A stretch of DNA of 64,000 nucleotides, from contig CAMPBE010000003.1 of NCBI GenBank assembly GCA_946636615.1, positions 15,928 through 79,927 of the forward strand, read 5' to 3'. The stretch comes from an uncultured bacterium. Its GTDB lineage: Bacteria; Cyanobacteriota; Vampirovibrionia; Gastranaerophilales; Gastranaerophilaceae. The number at the start of each line of letters is the position of its first letter. Within the stretch, counting starts at the first letter, position 1. The position numbers were made by a program, and so were the translations under genes. The notes under the pieces are model-generated. The model searched no databases, had not been told where the DNA came from, and was given only the letters and a program-made list of their open reading frames with translations. This document shows, piece by piece, positions 44,557-53,565 of the stretch.

Positions 44557-45636
44557 GTGGAAAATTCAAAAAATTCAGAAATGACTATAGGTATACCGAG
44601 AGGCATGTCTTTTTATAATAATTATCCGTTTTATTACGGTTTCTTTTCAGATTTAGGTATAAAAATTGTTCTGTCAGATCCTACGACAAAAGAAACAATG
44701 TCAAAAGGTGCTTCTTTGGTTGTAACTGAAACTTGTCTTCCTATAAAGGTTTATGTGGGACATGTGTTAAATTTGATTGAAAAGGGTGTTGATAAAATTT
44801 TTGTACCTTCAATTCAATCTATTGCTCCGAAAATTTATAATTGTTCAAAAATCAGAGGTTTGCCTGACTTGATTAGAAATGTTGTAAAAGGCGACTATAC
44901 AATTATTGAAGCAACTCTTGATAAATCCGAAAAAAATCAAGGTTTGTATGAGTTTTTAGCAGAAGCTGTAAAACCTTTTGGCATAACAGATATGGAAAAA
45001 ATTAAAAATGCTTCTAAGGCAGGATGGAAAGCATATAATAATTTCTTTATTATGTCAAAATCAGGTATGAGCTATAAAAAAGCTATGAACTACGCATTAC
45101 AGGGTAAAGTTTTTATTGAAAATCAAACAAAAGAATACCCAATATCAGTAGCTTTAATTTCACACGGATATAATATTTTAGATGACAGAACTTCTATGAA
45201 GATTATAGAAAAGCTGGAAGGTATGGATGTTAAAGTATATACATCTCTTCAACTTTCTAACGAACAAATGGATGACGGTATTGCAACTCTTGGTCAAAAC
45301 ATGTATTGGGCCAACGAAAGAGAAATGACAGGTGCTGCAGGTCATTATATGAAAGATGCTAAGATTGATGGTATTATTACTCTGACAGCATTCGGTTGCG
45401 GACCTGATTCTTTGATGTGTGAAAGAATTGTAAGAAAAACAAAAAGATTCAATAAGCCTTTATTGCATTTGACTATTGATGAGCAAACAGGTGAAGCCGG
45501 ATTTGTTACCAGATTAGAGGCTTTTGTCGATATGCTATTTAGAAAGAAAAGGGCTAGTATTATTAACAAAATGGAGTTGTCTGACAGTAATAATTATGTT
45601 CCGAATACTAATTATATAGAAACTACTCAAATTTAG
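44557..45636 (+). CDS. Acyl-CoA dehydratase activase-related protein (DUF2229-like)
   Basis: GTG start after AAGGGG. The IGIPRGMSFYNNYPFYYGFFSDLGIKIVLSDPT...ETCLPIKVYVGHV pattern is typical of the uncharacterised domain fused to BcrAD ATPases in large activase proteins. Confidence 0.6.
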   Translation: MENSKNSEMTIGIPRGMSFYNNYPFYYGFFSDLGIKIVLSDPTTKETMSKGASLVVTETCLPIKVYVGHVLNLIEKGVDKIFVPSIQSIAPKIYNCSKIRGLPDLIRNVVKGDYTIIEATLDKSEKNQGLYEFLAEAVKPFGITDMEKIKNASKAGWKAYNNFFIMSKSGMSYKKAMNYALQGKVFIENQTKEYPISVALISHGYNILDDRTSMKIIEKLEGMDVKVYTSLQLSNEQMDDGIATLGQNMYWANEREMTGAAGHYMKDAKIDGIITLTAFGCGPDSLMCERIVRKTKRFNKPLLHLTIDEQTGEAGFVTRLEAFVDMLFRKKRASIINKMELSDSNNYVPNTNYIETTQI

Positions 45637-45718
45637 GTACAAAAATCGCCATAATTTTAAAATTAACGGCGATAACAAAATTTTCCCTAAATAAACACTT
45701 CAATAAATAATTACTACC

Positions 45719-46630
45719 CTATCCGACATAACCGGACAATACTTCTTGTCCCAACACGGAGAATCTCATCTTCTTTAATGCCCTCAATTCTGTTTGGCGT
45801 ATGCATTCTTTTGTTACACCATAAATGTTTCCAATTTCTTCAAGTGTCATTTTTGCATTATCGTTAAGCCCATATCTCATCCTGACAACTTCTTGTTCTC
45901 GTTCCTTTAATGTTGATAGAACGTTCATAATATCTGAACGTAAGTTTTCAAATTCTACTTGTTCTGTTGCAGAGGCTTTTTCGTCTTCAATTATGTCTGC
46001 GACATTCATTTCTTTTCCATCTGCATTTTCTAAACCACTTTCAATAGAGATAGTTTTTGAGTATGCGTTTAGAAATGTATCAATTTTATCAACTGTTATA
46101 TTCATTTTCTTCGCAACATCTTCTGTTTTAACCTGACAATTTGATTCTCTTTCCATTTCGGTTTTTAATTTTGAAAATTTTGAAAGTGTCTCTTGGATAT
46201 AAACCGGTATTTTCATGCAATGTGATTGCTCTGATATTGCTTTGAACATTGCTTGTTTTATCCACCAGCTTGCATAAGTGGCAAATTTGTATCCTAATTT
46301 ATAATTAAACTTTTCTGCTGCAATCATCAAACCTACATTTCCCTCTTGAATTAAATCAATCAATGGTAAATGTGACATGTGAATTGCTTTTTTTGCAATT
46401 GTAATGACAAGTCTTAAATTTGATTTTATTAGTTTTTGTCTGGCTTCTTCATCGCCTTCTTTAGCTTTTTTGGCTAATTCTTTTTCTTCCTCAAGGCTCA
46501 AAGAGGAATAGTCTGAAATTTCTCTAATGTAGGCAGCTAATACAGTGTCATTAGAAGCTTCTACAATTTCATTTTTTGCGGGGTTTGAGAATTCTGTCTT
46601 TCTCATCTTAATAAACGAATTTTTTGTCAT
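45719..46630 (-). CDS. RpoD-family RNA polymerase sigma factor
   Basis: 303 aa. Regions 1.2 to 4 are recognisable: NLRLVITIAKK, FATYASWWIKQAM and TLEEIGNIYGVTKECIRQTELRALKKMR. Confidence 0.9.
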   Translation of the reverse strand: MTKNSFIKMRKTEFSNPAKNEIVEASNDTVLAAYIREISDYSSLSLEEEKELAKKAKEGDEEARQKLIKSNLRLVITIAKKAIHMSHLPLIDLIQEGNVGLMIAAEKFNYKLGYKFATYASWWIKQAMFKAISEQSHCMKIPVYIQETLSKFSKLKTEMERESNCQVKTEDVAKKMNITVDKIDTFLNAYSKTISIESGLENADGKEMNVADIIEDEKASATEQVEFENLRSDIMNVLSTLKEREQEVVRMRYGLNDNAKMTLEEIGNIYGVTKECIRQTELRALKKMRFSVLGQEVLSGYVG

Positions 46631-46692
46631 ACTTTTTAAACTCCTTCATATACAATACACAAGACGGGATAAATAACACTTAGTATATATAT

Positions 46693-46714
46693 AGTATATA
46701 CTACAGTATATACT
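46693..46714. promoter_or_regulatory. Tandem perfect 10-bp palindromes (candidate operator)
   Basis: AGTATATACT at 46693-46702 and again at 46705-46714, preceded by the related AGTATATATAT. They lie in the divergent region between the sigma factor gene and the thioredoxin-like gene. Confidence 0.5.
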
Positions 46715-46812
46715 TTTTCAAGTCTTATGTGAAGTTTTATTAATTTTAATAACAAAAATTTTAATAAAAATCACAATATATCTATTTATTGTATAATTTA
46801 TTTGGAGGGATA

Positions 46813-47244
46813 ATGAAAAAAAGGTATATAGTTATTGGCTTATTATCTGTGATTTTATGTGCACCGTTTATCTATGGGTCATTAAGCAATTTGGCATATA
46901 CTGCAGAGAGTGGTGTTAATACTGTTTCATACAGCACAGCAATAAACAACGGTAAACCTTCTGTTGTTTTGTTTTATACAACTTGGTGTACATATTGTAA
47001 AAAGTTTATGCCTATATTTAATGGTTTATCTCGCTCTAATAGTAGTAAGTATAATTTTGTAAAGATAAATATTGATTTAAAAAATAATGCTTCAATAACA
47101 AGAGAGTACGGTGTGGTGTCTATACCAACTGTATATATAATTGAGCCTAAATATAAAGTAAAGAAAGAGGTTTCTCCATATTCATATGATAGTGTAAAGA
47201 GTATGCAAGCAGAGCTTGATTATTATTTAAAACATCGCAGGTAA
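46813..47244 (+). CDS. Membrane-anchored/secreted thioredoxin-like protein
   Basis: Start after GGAGGG. The ORF has an N-terminal hydrophobic segment and the CxxC motif WCTYCK in a thioredoxin-fold context. Confidence 0.8.
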   Translation: MKKRYIVIGLLSVILCAPFIYGSLSNLAYTAESGVNTVSYSTAINNGKPSVVLFYTTWCTYCKKFMPIFNGLSRSNSSKYNFVKINIDLKNNASITREYGVVSIPTVYIIEPKYKVKKEVSPYSYDSVKSMQAELDYYLKHRR

Positions 47245-47371
47245 ATAAAAAAAAAGACCTTGAGTTTTCAAGGCCTATCCGTTTAAATAAGAAGAGAGAG
47301 CTTTATATTTATATAAAGTTAGATTGAAGAAAAAAATTGCTATTAAGTTGATAAAATATTAAGAAATATTA

Positions 47372-48163
47372 ATGAGTGTTATGAAAGACATACAAAATTT
47401 AAACGATACAAGAAATGTTGACATCCAGAAAGTTGGTATAAACAGTTTGACTTTGCCATTAACTGTTCAGCGTAAAAATAGTACTGATCAGATTGTTTCG
47501 GCAAAAGCAAGGGTTTGCGTATCTTTACCAAAAAACTACAAAGGGACACATATGTCAAGATTTGTGGAAGTCCTTACTGAATGGGAAAATAAGCAAATTT
47601 TAGGTGTTGATATAAAAGGATGTCTTGAAAAGGTTATTAAAAAGCTTAATGCAAAAAGCGGAGAGCTAAAATTTAAATTCACGTATTTTATAAATAAAAA
47701 ATCGCCCGTAAAGAAGATGTCAGCTCCTATGGCATATGAATGCTCATTTGAGGGTAGAATTGATAATGGAGAATATAAATTTATACTTGGAGTTGCTGTT
47801 CCTGTTACGACACTGTGCCCATGTTCAAAAGAAATTTCAGATTATGGCGCTCATAATCAAAGAGCAATTATAAAAGTAAAAATCTCTTATGATGAAGTGC
47901 ATCAGATTTGGATTGAAGATTTGATTGACCTTGTTGAATCGTGTGCTTCTTGTCCTGTTTATACATTATTAAAAAGAGAAGATGAAAAATACGTTACTGA
48001 AAAAGCATGGCAAAATCCTAAATTTGTGGAAGATATTCTAAGAGACGTTGTTGTAAAACTTAGAGAAAATAAACTTATTAATGAATTTGAAGTTGAATGT
48101 GAAGCTTTTGAGAGTATTCATAACCATTCTGCTTGGGCTTTTCAGCATGAATTTAACAACTAA
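47372..48163 (+). CDS. folE2: GTP cyclohydrolase FolE2 (type IB)
   Basis: 263-aa ORF with TLCPCSKEISDYGAHNQRA and KGTHMSRF motifs. Confidence 0.85.
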   Translation: MSVMKDIQNLNDTRNVDIQKVGINSLTLPLTVQRKNSTDQIVSAKARVCVSLPKNYKGTHMSRFVEVLTEWENKQILGVDIKGCLEKVIKKLNAKSGELKFKFTYFINKKSPVKKMSAPMAYECSFEGRIDNGEYKFILGVAVPVTTLCPCSKEISDYGAHNQRAIIKVKISYDEVHQIWIEDLIDLVESCASCPVYTLLKREDEKYVTEKAWQNPKFVEDILRDVVVKLRENKLINEFEVECEAFESIHNHSAWAFQHEFNN

Positions 48164-48205
48164 TGAATATTTGATTTTTAAAGTATTTTGAATTTTAATT
48201 TTATT

Positions 48206-49384
48206 ATGGAAACACAAACGTTATGCCAAAAGAAAAAAGCACTGATATGGCTTCAAGGCGGACATTTTGTAAACGATATATATACAGGAATGTTAAATCC
48301 GATTATGCCGTTTATTGCGGCAAAAATAGGCATTTCAATGGCTGTTGCTACAATTGTATTAACTGTCTCACACATATTTTCGTCATTATTGCAGCCTGTT
48401 ATTGGATATTTTGCTGACAATACATACAAAAGAATTATGATTTTTTGGGGAATTCTTTTTTCTTCTATGTTTATTCCTTTAACAGGAGTCGCAGACAGAA
48501 TTGACACACTTCTTCTTTGCATAATTATAGGCAGCATAGGTTCAAGTCTTTTTCATCCGCAAGCGCTTGGACTTATTTCAAAATTTTCACAAGGACTAGA
48601 TAATGGCAAATCGTTATCAATTTTTTTAGCTATGGGTACGCTCGGGTATTCTATAGGGCCTATTATGTCTGCCGGAATTACACAATTTTTCGGTATGGAT
48701 AAAATGTCTGTACTGAGTATTATAGGAATTTTTTGGATTGTTTTGATGTTTAAATTTGTTCCAAAAATGTCGCTTACAGATGAGATCAAAGAAAAAATAC
48801 ATTTTAAAAAATCTTTTAAAGATATTTTATTAAATCATAGACTAAATATTTTGAACATAATAGCAATGCTAAAAACAATGGTTCAATCTTCCTGTTTTAT
48901 TCTACTTCCTTTTTTGTGGAAAGACATCGGACACAAACCATTTTATATAGGACTTGCGCTATTTATGTTTATATTTGCAGGGGGTATTGGTTCGCTAATA
49001 AGTAGCGCAATAGAGAAAAAAATTGGTGCAAAAAAAGTATTGTATTTATCCATGAGTTCCACATTCCCAATGATGGTATTATTTATTTTGACTTATAAAC
49101 AATTTCCTATTTTATCCCTTATAATATTTGTTATTATGGGCTGTGTCACAATGCTTGCGACTCCTGTTGTAATGCTTATGGCACAAAATACTTTGCCTGA
49201 ATACAAAAGTATTATTTCCGGATTTATAAACGGCTTCTCTTGGGGGGTAGTTGCAATTGCAATGTCTGTATTAGGATTTGTTGCAGAAACTTTTGGCATA
49301 ACAAAAGTGCTGATAGCTATATCTGCGGTTCCTGCCATTTGTTCTATACTTGTAAAAGAATTATTTAAGCCTTGTAATCAATAG
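48206..49384 (+). CDS. MFS transporter
   Basis: About 12 predicted TM segments by eye. The start is placed at the ATG (METQTL). Confidence 0.8.
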   Translation: METQTLCQKKKALIWLQGGHFVNDIYTGMLNPIMPFIAAKIGISMAVATIVLTVSHIFSSLLQPVIGYFADNTYKRIMIFWGILFSSMFIPLTGVADRIDTLLLCIIIGSIGSSLFHPQALGLISKFSQGLDNGKSLSIFLAMGTLGYSIGPIMSAGITQFFGMDKMSVLSIIGIFWIVLMFKFVPKMSLTDEIKEKIHFKKSFKDILLNHRLNILNIIAMLKTMVQSSCFILLPFLWKDIGHKPFYIGLALFMFIFAGGIGSLISSAIEKKIGAKKVLYLSMSSTFPMMVLFILTYKQFPILSLIIFVIMGCVTMLATPVVMLMAQNTLPEYKSIISGFINGFSWGVVAIAMSVLGFVAETFGITKVLIAISAVPAICSILVKELFKPCNQ

Positions 49385-49652
49385 CTCTTTTGTTTCGTTC
49401 AAATTCGTCGGCTTGCATTTTTGAAAACATTTTTTCTTGCAAACATGATATTTTGTACAATAAATTATTAGTGAGCATTGTCATTGAAAATCTGTTATCC
49501 AATTTGTGCAACATGCTCAAATCTTGTATACTTCCAAAAGTTCTAGAATCCCCAATAGCATTAATCATGTTGTTTGAAGCTTGCATAGACTGAAGCATTG
49601 CATTATTCATAGTATTAACGGCTTCAAATCGTGCAATAGATGATACTAACAT
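49365..49652 (-). CDS. Hypothetical 95-aa protein (Met/Asn/Gln-rich, helical)
   Basis: A strong GGAGAAGG lies upstream of the ATG. Its 3' end overlaps the convergent MFS gene by 20 nt. Confidence 0.6.
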   Translation of the reverse strand: MLVSSIARFEAVNTMNNAMLQSMQASNNMINAIGDSRTFGSIQDLSMLHKLDNRFSMTMLTNNLLYKISCLQEKMFSKMQADEFERNKRAIDYKA

Positions 49653-49842
49653 TAACCTTCTCCTGTTCTATTATTTTATCTAAGTTTAGTAAAAAAAGCA
49701 ACTATTAACTTTTGTAACAAAAAGTATAGTTTCTGAAATTAGATAAAAAATATATACTTTATATATATGCAAACGTTAAATAAGACGAGAGATATTAAGA
49801 GAGAGACTTTTTAATTCCTATTCCTTCCTACAAAAAGATTTT

Positions 49843-49864
49843 GCCCCGCGAGGGGCTTTTTTTT
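49843..49864. terminator. GC-rich hairpin terminator abutting the HAD gene stop
   Basis: GCCCC-GCGA-GGGGC followed by T8 on the plus strand. The minus-strand reading has a weaker T-tract. Confidence 0.6.
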
Positions 49865-50552
49865 ATTTATAAATTGCAGGAGTTTCAAACAAATCCCGAT
49901 CAATTTCGTCAAAATTTTTAATTATCTGCGATACGTAAGGTATATTTTTATAAATTTCTGTTTTTTCCATGGATGCTATAGCTATGACTTTGCCCGCACC
50001 TGATTTATGTGCTGCTTCAAGACCTGATAGTGCATCTTCAACCATTATGCAATCTTTAGGTTTTATATTAATTAGATTCGCAGCTTTTATATATATATCA
50101 GGAGCTGGTTTACCTTTTACCGTTCCGTCAGCGTATGCAATTTTACTCACGTCAAACCATTTATCAAGTTTAAATGTTTCGATATAAAATTGGACGTTAT
50201 CAATTTCTGACATAGTTGCAATATTTCTAGGGATGTTATTTTGGGCAAGATAATCTAAAAACTCTTTAGCTCCAGGTGCTAGTACGGTATTTTTAGCATC
50301 TTTTCTACACATTTCTCTATAGACAGCTTCTTTTTCTTTCCCAAGTTTTTCTACGAGTTCCTTTTCAGGTTTTCTTCCCATAAGATATGTAAGAATGTCC
50401 TCATTTGTCCTTCCGAACATATATTTGCGCATCTCCTCATCAGTAAATGCATATGGACGAACTCGTTTAGAAAATTCTCTCCAAGCTTCTAAATGTTTTT
50501 TTGAATCAAAAAATAATGTCCCGTTAAAGTCAAAAATTATTCCCTTGTACAT
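49863..50552 (-). CDS. HAD-superfamily hydrolase (beta-phosphoglucomutase-like subfamily IA)
   Basis: Motif I-like IFDFNGTL (the second Asp is replaced by Asn), a cap domain, and motif IV VEDALSG. Confidence 0.8.
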   Translation of the reverse strand: MYKGIIFDFNGTLFFDSKKHLEAWREFSKRVRPYAFTDEEMRKYMFGRTNEDILTYLMGRKPEKELVEKLGKEKEAVYREMCRKDAKNTVLAPGAKEFLDYLAQNNIPRNIATMSEIDNVQFYIETFKLDKWFDVSKIAYADGTVKGKPAPDIYIKAANLINIKPKDCIMVEDALSGLEAAHKSGAGKVIAIASMEKTEIYKNIPYVSQIIKNFDEIDRDLFETPAIYK

Positions 50553-51171
50553 AGTTTTGTTCCATTAATTTATTGTAGTATTCAAGATATTTTTTAGCTT
50601 CTTTTTCTTTTTTGAGTTTTTTTAGTACAAGTGCTAAATTGTAATGAAATTCAGGTACTGTATTTTTAAGATCAGTGGCTGTATATAATTCATATTTGGC
50701 TTTATAATATTTACCAATTGACATATATGCGCATCCAAGATTATAGTGAGCATAAGGGTAATCAGGTTTTATGTCTGTAACTTTTTTGTATTGTTCAATC
50801 GCCATGTTTGGTTTGCCTGTTTGCAAATATATATTTCCCAAATTGTAGTATGCTTTGAAATATTTTTTATCGATATTAATGGCTTTTTTATACATAAATT
50901 CAGCTTCATCGAGCTTTCCTTTATCTTGAAGAATATTCCCCATTAAAAGCCAATCTTGTGGAGTTCTTTGGTCTTCTGGAATATTTAAAAATATTTCCAT
51001 GGCTTTTTCAATATTATTTTCAGCATATACGATACTCGCTTGGTATGATAAGTCTTGATTTTCTTGTGTTTGTGTAATCAATGGTTTTTCGTTAACTTTT
51101 ATAAGATCAAAAGATAAAGCCGAATTTGTGCTAAATATTAATAAACATAGAATTAATAAAATTTTCCTCAT
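50530..51171 (-). CDS. Secreted TPR-repeat protein
   Basis: Signal peptide plus several TPR-like 34-aa repeats (AYYNLGNIY, AHYNLGCAY, FHYNLALV). Confidence 0.8.
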   Translation of the reverse strand: MRKILLILCLLIFSTNSALSFDLIKVNEKPLITQTQENQDLSYQASIVYAENNIEKAMEIFLNIPEDQRTPQDWLLMGNILQDKGKLDEAEFMYKKAINIDKKYFKAYYNLGNIYLQTGKPNMAIEQYKKVTDIKPDYPYAHYNLGCAYMSIGKYYKAKYELYTATDLKNTVPEFHYNLALVLKKLKKEKEAKKYLEYYNKLMEQNYVQGNNF

Positions 51172-51211
51172 AAGAAGATTATAAAATAAATAAAAAAAAT
51201 ATCCACAAAAT

Positions 51212-51297
51212 TTGACATTATTGATAAATGTTCGATAATGTCGTTGATGTCTCTTTTACGTTGTCCCGCATCTGACTCCTTGATGCGGGTTTATTTT
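51212..51297 (+). ncRNA. Candidate short transcription unit (promoter plus terminator, about 50-nt RNA)
   Basis: TTGACA (51212-51217), a 16-nt spacer, then GATAAT (51234-51239). This is followed by the hairpin CCCGCATC/GATGCGGG (51265-51289) and TTTATTTT. No ORF is present, and the flanking genes are on the other strand. Confidence 0.35.
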
Positions 51298-51320
51298 AAA
51301 ATAATTTACATAAATATAAT

Positions 51321-51350
51321 AATAAAAAGAGGTTGAATTTCTTCAACCTC
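51321..51350 (-). terminator. Intrinsic terminator after the Met-rich protein gene
   Basis: The minus strand reads GAGGTTGAA-GAAA-TTCAACCTC followed by a T-run. Confidence 0.7.
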
Positions 51351-51403
51351 AAAACTTCTACACTACACACTATTTTATATTACACTACACATTCGTTTTT
51401 ACA

Positions 51404-52294
51404 TTAATTTTTCATCCATCCACATATTGCAGCAGCTCCACCTGCGATAGCGCCGAGTGCTATGCCCCAGAAAGTTTTGCTCTTTGATGCTATTTTAAGG
51501 CCCTTCATTGCCAAACCTGAGAGTCCCCAAGTTGCACCGCCAACTAATGCACCACCTGCAATATTACCTGCAACTTTCTTTGCATTTTCTTCAGTGCCCA
51601 CCGGCTGTCCTGTCAATTCAGAGACTGTTTCTTCTGCTGTTTTTCTGTTAAATAGGCCAAAAGTTGTTGTCTGTAAAACACCTTGAGTAAATGAATCTCT
51701 GCCGTGATCTCTTATGTCTTCAAGTAATGATTTCCCTGTTGCTTGCTTGTACAGAGTAATAGCTCTGCTTTTTGCGTCGGCATCTGATACATTACCATAA
51801 AGAGCCTTTACACTTTCCACATATGAGTCAAATGCTTGCTTTATTTGTTGTTGTTCATTTCTCAAAATCTTATCTTGTAAAACTGATAGTTTTCCTTGAA
51901 TACCCTCTGTAGGAGCGTTCAATCTCATATCAGCATTACGCATTTTTTGTTGTTGCCGAACTGAACTATCTATCATAAAGTCTTGATATTTTTCGTATTG
52001 TTTGTAATAGTCTTCATAGCTACCACTTCTACCCATTCCAGGCATCATCCCCATTCCAGGCATCATCCCCATTCCAGGCATCATACCCATGCCCGGCATC
52101 ATTCCCATACCCGGCATAAGTCCAATATTTGGTGCCATTCCGCCAAAAATACTACCGTTCATTGAGAGCATTGGATCCATACACATTCCTGTAGGATAGT
52201 ACATATCCAAACCGCTCAAATCGTTCATTGCAATCTGGTTATTGTATATATTCGGATATAGTCCGTACATATTTGCAGCAATATTAGCTACCAT
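51404..52294 (-). CDS. Hypothetical Met/Gly/Pro-repeat protein with a C-terminal glycine-zipper TM segment
   Basis: A strong GGAGG lies upstream. The N-terminus is Met-rich with (PGMGMM)x5, followed by a helical middle and the C-terminal segment WGIALGAIAGGAAAICGW. Confidence 0.7.
   Translation of the reverse strand: MVANIAANMYGLYPNIYNNQIAMNDLSGLDMYYPTGMCMDPMLSMNGSIFGGMAPNIGLMPGMGMMPGMGMMPGMGMMPGMGMMPGMGRSGSYEDYYKQYEKYQDFMIDSSVRQQQKMRNADMRLNAPTEGIQGKLSVLQDKILRNEQQQIKQAFDSYVESVKALYGNVSDADAKSRAITLYKQATGKSLLEDIRDHGRDSFTQGVLQTTTFGLFNRKTAEETVSELTGQPVGTEENAKKVAGNIAGGALVGGATWGLSGLAMKGLKIASKSKTFWGIALGAIAGGAAAICGWMKN
52032..52121. repeat. 5 x 18-bp in-frame tandem repeat encoding PGMGMM units
   Basis: CCCATTCCAGGCATCATC occurs twice exactly, followed by three progressively diverged units. 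Confidence 0.9.
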
Positions 52295-52417
52295 AACCTA
52301 ACCTCCAAATTGAATTTTAACCTACCTTACTTATATAAAGTATTTTATTTTTTATAAATTGCTTTTTTGTAATAATAATGTTACAAAATCTTAACAATAT
52401 TAAAATAATTACTATTC

Positions 52418-52445
52418 TTGCATGCGGTTAAAATAAGTGTATAAT
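52418..52445 (+). promoter_or_regulatory. Candidate sigma-70-type promoter, possibly giving a leaderless TPR mRNA
   Basis: TTGCAT (52418-52423), a 16-nt spacer, then TATAAT (52440-52445). The first ATG of the TPR gene is only 6 nt downstream, and there is no RBS. Confidence 0.4.
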
Positions 52446-52451
52446 ATAGCT

Positions 52452-53555
52452 ATGCGCAAGTTTTTTTCATTTCTTTTTACATTGTTTATAATCGCTGGGG
52501 TAGCTTTTGTTATATGGCAGCATCCGGGTTTTTTTCAAAAACAAATTGATAAAATTAGGGGGCTGTATTATGTTCATAAAGGTGATAAAGAATTAAAAAA
52601 ACTAAAACTTCAAAAGGCTATTAATTATTATAGAAGGGCTGTTGCTTTATATCCGGAGCATTACGGCGCTTGGTATAATTTGGGCAATATTTATGTTGTT
52701 TTTGAAGATTATTATTCTGCTGTTGATGCGTATGAAGAAGCTTTTGAGCATAACCCTAAAATGATGGTTGCCCGAATGAATTATGGTATCGTGTCTGCTG
52801 AAAAACTTGGCGATTTCGATGGCGCAATTAATCAATACGATGAAATTTTAAAGACAAAAAGGCATTTGATTTCTATTCCTTTTGTTTACAGTAATAGAAA
52901 AAGCTATAAAGTAAACAAAGGCCTTGCTTATTATAACAGAGGTGTAGCGTATAAACAAAAATCTATTTACCTTGATTATGAATATGAATACAGACGTCAG
53001 TTTTTACTAAAGGCTTTGGAATCTTATCAAGAAGCGTGTAAAATTTTAAAGAAAGATTATGATGCGAGATATAATCTTGCTTTGACTTATCATTTGTTAG
53101 GCGATTATAAAACTGCAGGATTAACTTATTGTAAAGCAATAGAATTGTCCCCCATGAAATACGAGGCTCATTATAATCTGGCTGTACTTTTAAGGCATTT
53201 AAAATACTATAAAGAATCCTTAGAGGAATTAGAAAAGGCTTCAACCCTTATTTCTACGTCGAGTGAAGGAATTTCTGCTCAGCAAAGATATATTTTTGAT
53301 GTAATGAATGACGTTACAAGAACAATTCTTGCGAGTCAAGATAATGATTTGATTGAAAAAATAACAGAAGGCCCAAATGAAAAATCAAAAGTTACGTATA
53401 TAGGCGGCAAAATTGTGATGACTGATGATTTGGATAAGGCTATTTTGAAAAATTTTAAAGTCTGCGGTGCTAAAAGTCTTTTAAAAGAGGACTTGGAAGA
53501 ATTAAACGAATATGACAATCTTCGTTATGATGTTAATGTTCCAGGAGTTGAATAA
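52452..53555 (+). CDS. Membrane-anchored TPR-repeat protein
   Basis: N-terminal TM helix plus TPR-like repeats (AWYNLGNIY, ARYNLALTY, AHYNLAVLL). The start is placed at the ATG (MRKFFSF). Confidence 0.8.
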   Translation: MRKFFSFLFTLFIIAGVAFVIWQHPGFFQKQIDKIRGLYYVHKGDKELKKLKLQKAINYYRRAVALYPEHYGAWYNLGNIYVVFEDYYSAVDAYEEAFEHNPKMMVARMNYGIVSAEKLGDFDGAINQYDEILKTKRHLISIPFVYSNRKSYKVNKGLAYYNRGVAYKQKSIYLDYEYEYRRQFLLKALESYQEACKILKKDYDARYNLALTYHLLGDYKTAGLTYCKAIELSPMKYEAHYNLAVLLRHLKYYKESLEELEKASTLISTSSEGISAQQRYIFDVMNDVTRTILASQDNDLIEKITEGPNEKSKVTYIGGKIVMTDDLDKAILKNFKVCGAKSLLKEDLEELNEYDNLRYDVNVPGVE

Positions 53556-53565
53556 TTTATTATAA

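Noticed and set aside
47251-47280. Terminator after the thioredoxin-like gene
   Set aside because: A CCTTGA-GTTT-TCAAGG hairpin exists, but it is short, has a mismatch when extended and lacks a T-tract. It is not listed as a feature.
47245-47371. Zur box or riboswitch upstream of folE2
   Set aside because: FolE2 is often zinc-regulated. I found only a generic AT-rich palindrome (CTTTATA-TT-TATAAAG) and no convincing Zur-box-like or THF/preQ1-like sequence.
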